64,000 bases of DNA from Octopus sinensis (taxonomy: Eukaryota). How positions within the stretch are numbered: the stretch's first letter is position 1; each line of letters begins with the position of its first letter. The DNA lies in NCBI RefSeq assembly GCF_006345805.1, contig NC_043001.1:29512001-29576000 (forward strand), given 5' to 3'. Shown here in pieces: positions 40,501 to 54,584 of this stretch. The position numbers were made by a program, and so were the translations under genes. Below the pieces are notes generated by a model. The model was given only the letters and a program-made list of their open reading frames with translations. It searched no databases and was not told where the DNA came from.

Positions 40501-43500
40501 AGAAAAAAATAAATGAAATATATTGAATAGATTTAAGAGTGGTATAGAGCTGACATTTTTACAGAATTCAAAGCCATTGTAGTAATAGCAGGAAATACTG
40601 GATGTTAATAGTTTGACAATGGATCTCTGTTAGAAGGAGGTAGTGGCTGTAAATCCAATAGGTGGATATTTATGTTAGCTTTGGGGTTATAGGCAAGTAG
40701 ATTTTTTATGAACTTGTTCTTTGATAAAAGAAAAAGAATCAAAGTTCTTTCGTGATGTTGGGCTGATGATTTTGCCCTCAATAATTTCCTGGAGTGTAAT
40801 AAACAACAGCTGTATGATCATGGTTCAGTTATCTCTGATAAAAATTGATATTCCATTGATAATTAGATCTTTTAAGTATAAGAGAATTAAGATGAAGGTT
40901 ATACAGAAGAATACCTAGTAGTTATACTTTGATATGTTTTTAGTATACTGTATACTTTGACATTAAAAGATTTAGCAAGGTTTTGAAAAAGCTATTGATT
41001 TATCATAGTTTTCTTTTTAAAGACCGTTTTACAACATAACTTCAGTGAAATAAATTTTGAATTTGTAATTATTTTAAGTCTATTATAATTGTATTGGTCA
41101 ATAAAATTTGTTGGATGTTAATTAAAAAGTAAAACTTAAAACTACATATAAAGTGTCAAAATCTGATTATAATAAACCTTAATAAGAAATCTGGAAAGGA
41201 TATTTCAAAAAGTGGAATGGTATTGTGCAAGTTAAAGACCACTCATGATCTTCATTGAATATGAACATACTAAAGCAGAATTTGTGTATGATAAAAGCAT
41301 ATTAGTAAAACCCATACTTTTCTTAAAAGGCAAGAAATATCAATAAATAAACATATACACTTTATTTTTAATTTCTAAGAATCATAATATAAATGTATAT
41401 TGTTAACTTCTTACCGTAATCTGAGTCTCACTAATACCACGAAGACTTTTAATTAAGCTAATCTCACCAGTAATGAAATTAACAAAGAAAAATTCCTCTG
41501 CTTTGAAACTTGGAGTGACGGTTTTTGAGAGACTATATTTCAAGACATCCTGTAAAGAATACAATCAAAGGAAATATTTTATAAATCATACAATATTTAA
41601 TGAATTTTCATATAACATTCCTATTAGATCAATGCAATAACTTTATTACAAATAGATGGTACATTCAGTAGTGTGATGTAGAAAGTAAAATAAAACAATA
41701 AGCTATTCTTTAGTTTAATTATTACTATATGTAATCTGTCTCTGGCATTAATAAGTTTTTATGCATAGTCCAAAGAGGAAGACAATGGTGTAGAGTGTAT
41801 TGGACCCTAGGGGCAGTTGCCCTGCAGGCAAAATTCTTAGGAGAGCAAAACTACAAAAGAAAGAAAATAAAGAAGTTGTGATAACGAAAAAAAAATAGCC
41901 TGCCTTACAGCAATATTTGTTTTGCCTTGGTTACTGGTAATCTATGTTGTGCTACAGGAAGAAGGGAAGAAAGTGACCCAAAACGAGAGAGCTGGCCCAA
42001 CTTCTTGCAACAGAGTGGGCCCCACAAAAAGTGCCTAAAAGCCTGGAGGTGATGTCAAATCAGATGAAGAATTAAATCTGCTACACAAGTCAATTAAGTT
42101 ATACTATGCAATTATGAGGAATAACTGGACAGACAATTTGTCAATTGCTATACATATTTATTTCAAATTTTGGCACAAGGCTAGAAATTTCTGGGGAGGG
42201 TATAAATCGATTACATCGACCCCAGTGCTCAACTGGTACTTATTTTATTGACCCTGAAATGATAAACGGCAAAGTCTACTTTGGTGGAACTTGAACCAGA
42301 ACGTAATGACTATTTATATTAAGTAGTTATTTCAGGAGGTTTAGTATCAGTGTGGGGGGTGGGGTATGGGGGTGTGCAGGTGGCAGTGGGGGTAGAGGGG
42401 TGTGAAGGTGTGAGGGAGTGTATCTGCATGCTGGCATGGTTAACTGTTTAAGAAGTTCACTTAACAAACATGAAACCCCAGGTCCAGTCCTACTGTATGG
42501 CATCCTAGGCTCCACCCTGTGAGTGAAACTGAGTGGAAACTATGAAAAATCCCAATAGATGAATTGTGCTTGTAATCGGAAGAGCCAGTTTTATTATTCT
42601 GTGTTATGCTGGCTCTACATGAGTACATCTGTTTGTGGAATGGTGGTAGGGAGTTAAACACTAATTCAATGAGTAGGTTGTCCAGTTGATCAAACAAATT
42701 AATATTCATTTGATAAAATTAATGCAAGAATTCATGATATTACTTATGCTGGTGTGAGTGTATGCATATAGATATGTAAGTGTATGGTTAGGAAATTTTA
42801 AACCATCATATTTAATAACATAATTCAAAATAAAATAAAACTTACATTGTCCAAATCTGTGGCTGATACTGTAAGGATTATCTGACCAAGGTTTTCTGAC
42901 TCTTGCACACTCTTAAAATAATTTTGTGACTGGAAAATTGGTGCATTTAAATTTCTTCTCACGGTTATAAAAACTGTTGCACTTTTCTTTGTTGAGTTTT
43001 GGGAAGCCTCAACCAATAACTGAAAGATTTTAAAAAATAAACTATGCCAGCATGGGAAAATAGGCATAACATAATGATGATGATGATGATGACAATGATG
43101 AAAACAACAATATAGAAATGTTTCAAGATTAAAATATGCTTGACTATTTAAGATCAGAACAAAGAACATTGTATTCTATGATCTCCCCAAAATAAACAAA
43201 AGGTTCAAAAATTTCTTCCAATGTGCCCAGTTTGCAGCAGATATGAATGTTATACAGCCAAAATTTTGGAATGGCTGGATGGCTTTCCACTCCCTGTAGC
43301 AAAAAAATCGAGTTCCTACATTCAGGATACTTTTGATTTTGTATCCAAAATTAACAACTGTTTTTTGGTAACCATAAGTGTTTCTTCACTATGCTCCATT
43401 ACTGACCACAATGTGGGAATGGAAGCGTGCATGAATGCCTTTCAGGAATGATCAAACAAAAGTATTCCATCTAATTTTCTCTGTAAATTATTGAATTTTG

Positions 43501-45992
43501 TGTTAGAAAGTAGCATAATGAAGTCTGGACAAAGTTTTTACCACCAGCCGAGGGGTTGAACCATGGACACCCCCATGGCAGTTAATTTCACTAATGTCTT
43601 CATGATGAAATTCAAAACACAATTAATTGAGACCCCTGCATGGTCATGATCCAATACTCTGGTTACAGTTCATTGACAAGGTCTTTTTTTGTCAGGGAAG
43701 GATTACAGGACAGTTTAGCTAACTTCTTGCATTTCTGTGACTGTTACACAAAAAACTATGGCTTTAAGTCCAACATAAAATTTATGTCTAGTTTTTCAAA
43801 ATCTAACATTGAGTTTTGGGATGCAAATGTTGTTTTCAAGAGGCAGAATAGTGACAGTTATTTTGCAAGCCCATGTCATCCCACATTTACTTTCACCACC
43901 ATCATATAATTAAGTCAAATTTAAAATCCCAGTTTTTGAGGATAAAACAGATTTATACTGATATGGGAAATTACTGGAAACATGCAAATGCCTTTGTACA
44001 CCATTATGTTGAACGTGATTGCAGTGAATCATGAGTAAAGGAAATCACAAATGATATAGCTAAAATTAACAAGTGAAGTCAAATTATCATGCATAATTTT
44101 AGCAGCCAAAGTAAAATTTGTGATAGAATTCTTTTAGAGATTAACTGGCACCAAAATTTCAGTGGCATTTCAAAAGTTTAGCATTGAAAGTTACCAGTAT
44201 ATTTTTTTGAAATGAGCCAAAGAAGGTGTCTGTTCTTAATGTTTTCAGACTTGTTGTCAATACAAATTCTTTCATCAAGGCCACTAGACAGAAAATAATC
44301 ACCAACCTCTCTTTGTTAAAGGTGAGTAGTGACGTAATCCCCACAATGGATTCAGTTGATAGATGGATTCACCCTGCATGTGACAACAACTGTTTGTCAT
44401 TACTCCACAAGTCAGCAAAGCTTGGACACTGCATGAGTGCATGAAGTATGGTTTCATCACTCTGTGTACATCTTGAACAGTCCACCAGGTGGAATGTCCA
44501 CGACTGTAGAGTTTATCTTAAACAGATAGTACCCCTCAGTAGCATTACCAGGTCAAGAAATTTAGAAAATCATCCAAAGTTCTATCTGTTCAGAAAGTCT
44601 TTTGAAACAGGTCACCTAGTTCATCCTCAGCCTAAATTTTTCCCAAGAACTCATCACACTTACCTGCTACTAGTTCTCCATATCTATTGCTAAAGTCGAA
44701 TTTCCAGCTCTATTAGAGTGCAGTGAACATTTAACAACATTCCAAGTGTAAGGCATTCAATCCAATCTTGATCATAGTTTGACCCATGACTGCTGATCCA
44801 CCAAGGAAATGAGCCGCAGGAAAACATATCTTACAAACAGAGACCAAACATGCTTACTGTCCAGAAAAATCAGACGGCACTACCTCAGTGTATATTTGTA
44901 CATTAACAGCCAAAGCATGCTGAGCCTGCATTCCAGAGGATGCTGATAAACAAATGAACTGTCTGGTCAATGGAATGTATCCATTTCATAGAATCAGAAA
45001 AGCAATCAAACTGGGACTGGGGCAAGACACAATGGTCAGCTAGTAAGCTATAACAGAGTAAATGCAAGCATTGCTAAAATATTTCTTAGAATTTCAATTA
45101 AATTTGTTATAGAAAATTCACTACAGATTTTATCATATTCAATGTCAACTGTTGCTGACACTGAAAACAAACATGTATAGGGTTAACCACAAAAAGTTGA
45201 GAAAGTAAAAAGACAGGAGACCAAGAAGGTAATGATAGTATGATAAGAAAAACATGCAAAGCAAAGCAAATGCTGTAATTCTCTTACTGTGTAAGTGGGT
45301 GAATTCAAAGTATCAGATTTCAGGTCCTTTCTAACAAATATTGAACCAGCATTTTCTACAATTCCAAAATATTCTGTACCAGGTACATAACCAACTAATT
45401 TGTAGGTGTATTGCATCTAAAACAATAAAACAAAATCATGTAATTTACTATAATTCATTATAAATGTAATTAAGAGAATTCAATTGCATCAGCTTAAACA
45501 CGGGGCATATATATAAAGATAGATATTTATGTGCAAAATTTATGCGGGATTTTTTGTGTGTGTATGTGTGCGCACATGTGTGTGTGCACATGCATGCGTG
45601 TGCATGTGAGTGTGTGTGTGTGTGTGTGCATGTGTGATGATACACACAAGGTTTCTTTCTTTTCTTCTCTCTTATTTCTTTATTTATTTATCTATGTATT
45701 TGCTTATTGAATTATCCACATGACATTATTAGGATTTTAAAATTTGATCTGGAATGATCCAGAGCGAAATATATTTATCATCAGCTATATAAACTCACAG
45801 GTGTTCCACCTGTATCCAGTTTTGGTAAGTGCCAATACCCGAAACTCTCAGACCTTGAGTCACTCAGTTACTTCTGCTAAATATTGATAAAAATATACAT
45901 ATACTCATATTTTTAGTTCCATTTTTCCTTCCTGTTTGCATCAACATACCTATATATATATATAAAGATAAACACACACACACACACACACA

Positions 45993-46081
<89 letters not shown>

Positions 46082-49000
46082 ATGGACTTCTTTTAGTTTC
46101 TACCAATTCCACTTAGTAGGCTTTGATTGGCCTGGACTATAGCAGAAGGCACTTGCCCTCAGTGCCATGCAGTGGAACTGAACCCAAAAACCATGTGATT
46201 GGGAAGCAAGCTTCTTAACCACACACCCACTGCTGTGCCTATGGCTTAAGATTAAATTAGTAATTTATAAAATTAAAATATTTTGGTTATATGGATACAC
46301 TTTCATGACTTCTAACACATTTACAATTCTTTCCCAATAACAAAAAAATGTGTCCTGGTATCTGGATGAAAGTTGCAAAAATATTTGAACTTTTAAGTTG
46401 AAATTTGAAACATAACTTATCAAATGATTCTTACATAAAATTATGATAGAAGTTCAAATTCGATGACTGGCACCTGTGCCAGTGGAGCGCTAACAGCACC
46501 ATCTGAGTGGGATCCCTGCCAGATCAGCTGTCTGGCTTCTGTGCCAGTGGCACGTAAAAAGCACCATTTCAGCGTGATCATTACCAGCATCGCCTTACTG
46601 GCACATGAACAAAACGTTCGAGCGTGGTTGTTGCCAGTGTCGCTGGACTGACTCCTATGCAGGTGGCACATAAAAAACACCATTTGAGCATGGCTGTTGC
46701 CAGTACCACTAGACTGACCCTGCTGCCTGTGACACGTAAAAACACCCACTACACTCTTGGAGTGGTCGGCGTTAGGAAAGGCATCAAGCTGTAGAAACTC
46801 TGCCAGATCAGATTGGAGACTGGTGAAGCTATCTGGTTCACCTGTCCTCAGTCAAATCGTCCAACCCAAGCTAGCATGGAAAGTGGACGTTAAATAATGA
46901 TGATGATGATGATGAAGAGGTCATCTCACATGAGTTGTATTAAATGGCTTATTTTTATTGTGTCCATCACCATATAGATATACCATAACCATATATAACT
47001 ATAGCTGTATTTTGTTATGATACACTCACAGTTTCCGTTTGCATCTCCTGTCTAGAACCCCTATCTTGTTCAGAATATCAATCTACTGGAAGCTGTCCAG
47101 AGACATACAATTAGAAAACATACAATTAGACAACTATTCTCTGTCAGTTATTTACTATATCTTAAATGTCTTGCTTGAATGTCTTGCTTCCTCTTGCAAT
47201 CAACTTGGTATTATAGAAGCAGACAAGATTATCTACTGAATTTCCAACAACTTTGGTCAGCATTTTGAATTCAGTTTCTCGTCCTCTTCCTTATATATGC
47301 CTTTATAAAGTGAAAAAAAAACCCAAAAACAGTGCATCAACCATGACTTTTGAAAACATTTTTCATGTCCAGAATTGTTAAAGCATGGAATAAATTGTGT
47401 CAGTTGTTAGCTCTAAGGAGACTATCTTTTAAAAATTCCATGTTTCCTAAAATTGCCCAACACTGCTGTGTCTATGTACAATTTCCCCTTTATGGTTCTT
47501 TTATATGTACTTTTGGCTATCATTGTTATCTTCCTTTGCTTAACTTATTGTTGCTTTCTGCTCCCTCTTCTAACCTATTAAAATGCATTGTAGTACTGAA
47601 TACAATAAGCTCATTATTATTATGTTGTTGTTTCAAAATTTGGTTTTATCCTGTGTCATATCATTGAACAGATCCAACATTCCAAATTACAACTTTACTT
47701 TTTTCCGGATTTTCCTTTTACTTTTACTACAAATTTTTCCACAGTCATCTTTGCCTCAGCAAAATACATTTAAAAAGGCAATATGAGCATTGCTGGAATG
47801 CTTTAAATCATAGCTTGTTTAATAAAGGAAGAGGCAAACAGCTTTGGCCTTCTTTCACTCAGCACATAGCATTTATTACATATTCTTCCTTCTCTAATGA
47901 ACATACTTTGTAAAGGTCATTTTCATTTCAGTGAAGTTCAGTGTTAGTTAGTTTTGTTTGCTGTTGTTTAGTCTTGGTCAGTCTTAGTCAAATATACCCA
48001 AAGGCATCCTCACCATGGCCACCCCTTCTTTAAAAGCAGAGTTTATCTCATACAATACATCATTCTTTTTTTAAAGGCAACACTGAGATTTGATTACAAT
48101 TTTTGGCAAGTTTAATGAACATGAAAGAGGTTCTGCCATTGACTTGTAAACTTCACAGAAAAGCCTTGTATCCCAAGTATTAATGCCAGGTTGTACTCAA
48201 CTGTCTCTGCAACCAAGTACCAACCAATATTTATAAACAACAAAATAACAAAATAAAAAGAAAACAGAAACAAAACAATTGAAGAACAATTACTTACTGG
48301 TGAGTTTATTTGTACATTAAGGACCATTGATGTGATAGGGAATGCTTCATCAATGGTAATGTTATAATTCCGTTGGGTAAAGTCAGCTGGTCCAGAACTT
48401 TTAATAACTGTTACTTGTAGAGTCATGGTATCAGCCAAAGATGGCATGCCAGCATCTTTCGCCCTGATTTTTACCTGAAAGATTGCAAGAGGAGTTGAAA
48501 TAAGGAAAAGGTCTACAAAAGACATCTAACTTTGAGAAATATAATGTCTGCTTACCACACATGTAAACACAAGTGCAGGGATGATGAAGATCTAGCTTTT
48601 AAAAGCTAGAAAAATATTTATATGAATAAATCATATACTTATTCATTTTGAAAACTATTTATATACAGATTTATAAACATTTTAAAACATTAATTTAGGA
48701 TTTGTGGTGGCACGTGGCTTAGTGGTTAGGGTGTTGAACTCATGATCGTATGGTTGTGGTCTCGATTCCTGGGCTGGGTGATGTGTTGTGTTCTTGAGCA
48801 AAACACTACATTTCACATTGCTCCAGTCCACTCAGCTGGCAAAAATAGGTAATCCTGTGACGGACCAGCGTCCCATCCAGGTGGGGAATTTACACATCAT
48901 CAAAACTGGGAAACCAGATCTTATGAGCCTGGCATGGCTCGAGAAGGAACATTCATTAGTGGAGGTGCAATGGCACAGTGATTAGGGCAGTGGACTCGCA

Positions 49001-51498
49001 GTCGGAGGATCATGGTTTCAATTCCCAGACCGGTTTCCTGGTTTCCTTGGTGTGTAGGTTCCCCACCTGGACAGGACGCCGGTCCGTCACAGGTGAGCTG
49101 CAAAATGTAGGAGGAAAGAGTGAGAAAAGTTGTGGCAAAAGAGTCAGCAAAATTTCACCATTACCTTCTGCTGTAACCACGTGGAGCTTAGGTGTTTTGC
49201 TCATAAACACACACATTGCCCGGTCTGAGATTCAAATCTGTGATCCCTCGACTGCGAATCCGCTGCTCTAACCACTAGGCTGTGTGCCTCTACACACATA
49301 CATACTTGTACATACACAGTCATACATAGACAAAAACAAAACCTCAAAACAAAAACTAACTTACATCAAATTGATTAGGACCATTAACCAAGGACTTGAT
49401 TAGACTAACTGCTCCAGTGTTCGGATTGATGAAGAAATACTGTAAAGCAGACTGTTCTCCATATATTTCATAGCTGATAACATTGTTTGGTGCCTGTGTA
49501 ATATTAAGAAAATTAAAATAACCAACTGATTCACTTTTAACATATATATATATGTGTGTGTGTGTGTCTGTGTGTAAAATTTTCAAAACAAAATATATAA
49601 TTTTATTCAAACTGATTAACTTTTAACATATATATTTGTGTGTGTGTCTGTGTGTAAAATTTGCTAAACAAAATATTTAATTTTATTCAAAATATGAACA
49701 GAAATATATTTTACAAAAGAAAGGCAAAGTAAAGGAAAAAAGCAAAAAAAAGGGAGGGGGGAGAAAGAAAAAGAAAAACAAGATTAAACATCAATACAAC
49801 ACCAAGTACTTCAATTGGTTGCATACCACAAGGTTCAATGGAACCTACGGAAGCATGTCAGCACGTCTGTGGCATTACTGCAAGTGATGGTGAGGCTAAG
49901 GCATTGGAAAAGCCAAGCACCCCCATGGGCATCACCTGACACCTTAGTAAGGTGAGCTGCCAATGATATTGATTTCTAACTTTAGCATTGGCTACACATT
50001 TATAGAGATGGGGCTAAAGTGTCAACTGAATCAGTTCCCCTTAAATCCAGAGTCACTAGAAATTATAAGGAAAGCATTTTTTGGCAGGGTGTGGGGGGGC
50101 TATGCAGATCCTCCAGTGACGCCATGTGTAAGCAGATTCGAACTGTGAGATGCTTTCTAATGCAAAATATTTAGCTGGATGTAGAAGAAGAAAAAGAAGA
50201 AGAAGAAGAAGAAGAAGAGGAGGAGGAGGAAGAAGTAGAAGAGGAGGAAGAAGAGGAAGAATAAGAGGAGCAGGAGGAGGAAGTGGAAGTGGAAGAGGAA
50301 TTAGAAGAGGAGGAGGAGGAGGAAGTGGAAGTAGAAGAGGAAGTAGAAGAGGAGGAGGAGGAGGCGGAGGAGGCGGAGGAGGACGAGGAAGAAGTAGATG
50401 AGGAGGAAGAGGAGGAAGAAGTAGAAGAGGAGGAGGAGGAGGAGAAGAAGAAGAAGAGGAGGAGGAGGAAGAAGAAGTAGAAGAGGAGGAGGAGGAGGAA
50501 GTGGAAGTGGAAGAGGAATTAGAAGAGGAGGAGGAGGAGGAGGAAGTGGAAGTAGAAGAGGAAGTAGAAGAGGAGAGGAGGAGGAGGAGGCGGAGGAGGC
50601 GGAGGAGGACGAGGAAGAAGTAGATGAGGAGGAAGAGGAGGAAGAAGTAGAAGAGGAGGAGGAGGAGGAGGAAGTAGAAGAGGAGGAAGAGGTGGAGGAG
50701 GAGGAAGAAGTAGAAGAGGAGGGAGAGAAGGAGGAAGAAGTAGAAGAGGAGGGAGAGAAGGAGGAAGAAGTAGAAGAGGAGGGAGAGAAGGAGGAAGAAT
50801 AGGAATTAAAAGAGGAGAGAGAGAAGGAGGAGGAAGTGGAAGTAGAAGAGGAAGTAAAGAGGAGGGAGAGGAGGAGGAGGAAGAAGAAGTAGAAGAGGAG
50901 GGAGAAGAAGAAGAGAAGAAGAAGAAGTGGAAGAGGAGGGAGAGGAGGAGGAGGAAGTAAAAGAGGAGGGAGAAGAAGAAGAAGAAGAAGAAGAAGAATG
51001 GGGGAGATGACGATGTTGAAGATAACAACATTAGCAACATCAGCTTTGTGACTTTAAACAGTTGGCCAGAGATGGAGAAGATGAAACTGTGAGAAAAAAT
51101 TCTTGGTGAGGAAAACTAAGATATACATAGTAATGTAGGTACCAAGATACTTAATATAGTATGTCATTAAATTGAATGTAGCAAGGCATGAATTAGATGA
51201 TTGGTATTATGAGATATATGAGGTTGTATCAAAAAGTTCCCAGACTAGTTATGTTTGATAAAAAATAACCTTTTTTACTCTTTTGCTCTTTTACTTGTTT
51301 CAGTCATTTGACTGCAGCCATACTGGAGCACTGCCTTTAGTCGAATAAATCGATCCCAGGACTTATTCTTTGTAAGCTTAATACTTATTCTATCGGTCTC
51401 TTTTGCTGAACTGCTAAGTCACGAGGACATGAACACACCAACATCGGTTGTCAAGCGATGGTGGCGGGACAAATACAGACACACACACACAAATATAT

Positions 51499-51550
<52 letters not shown>

Positions 51551-54500
51551 GATGGACTTCTTTCGGTATCTGTCTGCTAAATCCACTCACAAGGCTTTGG
51601 TCAGCATGAGGATATAGTAGAAGACACTTGCCTAAGATGCCACACAGTGGGACTGAACCCGGAACCATGTGGTTGAAAAAACAAACTTCTTACCGCCTAT
51701 TTACCAAAGTTTTAACATCATCTCCTTTGAAATTGTCAACTTGAACAGCAATACACTGGTCCCAGCATTCCTGCCACTTTTGGAATCTGGTCTGGATGTC
51801 GTTTCTCACCAAAAAACAATATGGTATCACTTCCACACCCACTCCATTTGTTAGATTTAGCACCTGCGGACTTCGACCTCTTCCTCATTATGGAAGTTTG
51901 CAGGTGCTAAATCTCTTTTGTCATGAAGAATCCAATTCTGTGCACTTCACCAATCCAGTCATTTTCTCTGTTTTCTCCCAAACACTTCAAAACATTGTTG
52001 ATTATCCTCCAATGATCCTCATTGGAGATGATGAATTTTCTCTGCATTTCCAAGGGTGACACTTGTGGAAGATCTTCCAGGGGCATTCTTCCACTTTTGA
52101 AGCACCCATGCCATTCAAAAACATTGCATACAACCCATTGCCTTGTCATCATAATCTTGCCAAAGCAAGCTCAATGTCTCTGGGGAAGGCTTTATAATGC
52201 AAAACTTCACGTTGGCTCTTTGTTCCAACTTCCAGTCCATGACAAAAAACATGGACTACAACATACATGTGATCACAAAAACACAAATTTCACAACTTGG
52301 GAAGTATACCCAGTGATGTCAATTGGCACACTGCTCCATGAAGATCACTGTTAGCTCCCACTACACATGTAATTTTGTGCTGCCATCTGTTGGCACCCTA
52401 CAGAACTTTTTGATACTACCTCATATTTAAGTTTTACCAGAACTCATCAATGAAGCATAATCTAACCATTACTGCTAAATATTAGAATAAAAAGAGAGAA
52501 AATAGGATTTTAGCACACATCAAAATAAAAATCAAATGGAAATTGTAGTTAAGATACCCGTGCCAGTGACACGTAAAAAGCACCGTCCGAACATGGCAGA
52601 TGCCAGCGCCACCTGACTGGCATCTATGATGGTGACACGTAAAAGCACCAACTAATCGTGGCCGTTTGCCAGCCTCCTCTGGCCCCTGTGCCGGTGGCAC
52701 GTAAAAAGCACCCACTACACTCACAGAGTGGTTGGCGTTAGGAAGGGCATCCAGCTGTAGAAACACTGCCAGATCAGACTGGAGCCTGGGGCAGCCTCCT
52801 GGCTTCCCAGACCCCGGTCAAACCGCCCAACCCATGCTAGCATGGAAAATGGACGTTAAACGATGATGATGATGATGATGATGATGATGATATATGTAAA
52901 TATATTCTTACTGTAGTATCCCTGTCTGTGGCTTTGACAGTTTCAATAACTGTTCCAACAGGAACATTATTTTGTATCGTCTTGATGATAGGATCTTGTG
53001 TGAATACTGGTGAAAAGAAATTCCGTTTAATTGAAATAATAGCTGTTGCAGTAGCACTTTTAGGTGGTGTTCCGTCGTCTTTGGCCACAACTCTTAACTG
53101 AAAATTAAAACAAAGGAAAAATCATGTTTCTTCATGTACGTTACAAATTTCATTATATTTAGGATTTGAGCAACAAAACATAAGATGCCTTACAGCAAAA
53201 ATAAGTATATGTTACTGTGATATTTAGACAAAATTAGAGCATTTATTTTTCATACTTATAAATGTGTTGAGCAGTCTATTTTCTTCAGGTCAGTGTTGTA
53301 ACAGGTTGATCGTTTTTTTCTGGGTAGGTTGTTCATCCTCTGCAGATTAGTCGGATGAGGGGACTGCCATTTTGGCAATAAGCTGAAGTACCGTGGATCA
53401 CCATTAGTCTGGAACCTCTCCAGGAGACCAGCCCACTTAGGTTGACCTTACCGGGAGCAAAGCTCCAGTCAGTAATGCTCTTTTGGATCTATGGAAACCC
53501 CTGGCCACAACAAGGTCATACACAGGACTACTGCCACAATGGTGGATCTGGTTGGCTCTATGCATGACGATGCCATCAAGCAACAGTATGAAGCCAGAAG
53601 CCAAGCAACTTATAAATGAAGTAATTATAGTAATCATTTCTTCATAATTATAAGAGTAATTTGTAAATTAGGCCTAAAGGTAGCAATTTTGAAGGGACAG
53701 GGTCAGTTGATTTGATTTCAGTACTTGATTAGTATTTTATTTTCTCAGCCTTGGAAGATGAAAGCAATGTTCTAAAGAGCTGGGAAAAATACAGTAAGAT
53801 ATTTTCTCAGAAGGGGTAACGATTCTTCCCATCTATCACCCTCTTCATAATAATCCTTTCTACAAGAGGTATGAGGCCTGAAATTTTGAGGGAGGGAGGG
53901 CAAGTTGATTACATCGACCCCCAACCCCCTCCCAGTACTTAACTGCTGTTGAACCTAAAATGATGAAAGGCAAAGCTGACCTTAAAAATTGAAAAGAATT
54001 GAACTTGAAATGTAAAGGAGCAGGACAAATATCGCAAAACATTTTGGCTGATGTAATAAACATAATGATTATCATTATAAAATTAATTATAATTTTGTCA
54101 AATGTGGACAGTTTAATTAAGCATGAACACTTTTTATGCGTATTTTCTACCAAACATTTTTGCTAACCCTGAGCAGTTTCTTAAACCATAAAATGTAAAT
54201 ATTTCAGTATATGATTTCATTTTATGATAAATAATACCTGATGTATTTCTCAAGCCATGAGAAATAATTGTAGTTATTAATGTTTGTTGCAGTATCAGCA
54301 TTGACTGTCTTTTAATGAAATCCTTTCGCAAACATTTTCATTCTATTGGACTGGTACCTGTCTCCAGTTATTATATATAAATAAGTGCAATAATGAAGTT
54401 TACTTTGCAATCACACGGTTTCAGGTTCAGTCTCACTGTGCATCACCTTGGGCAAGTGTCTTCTGCTATAGCTTGGGGCTGACCAACGTCTTGTGAGTGA

Positions 54501-54552
54501 ACTTGGTAGATGGAGACTGTGTGGAAGCCTACTGTGTATATATACATATACG

Positions 54553-54584
<32 letters not shown>

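Noticed and set aside
44350-45050. Possible tyrosine-recombinase (DIRS-like) remnant on minus
   Set aside because: Looks like decayed coding DNA but I could not recover convincing catalytic motifs by eye.
45760-45790. Hammerhead (CTGATGA on minus)
   Set aside because: The GAAA element is on the opposite strand, so the core cannot form.
50150-51040. Poly-Glu, poly-Arg/Gly and poly-Pro/Leu ORFs
   Set aside because: Stop-free frames of a GAA/GAG low-complexity tract; same for 62199-62531.
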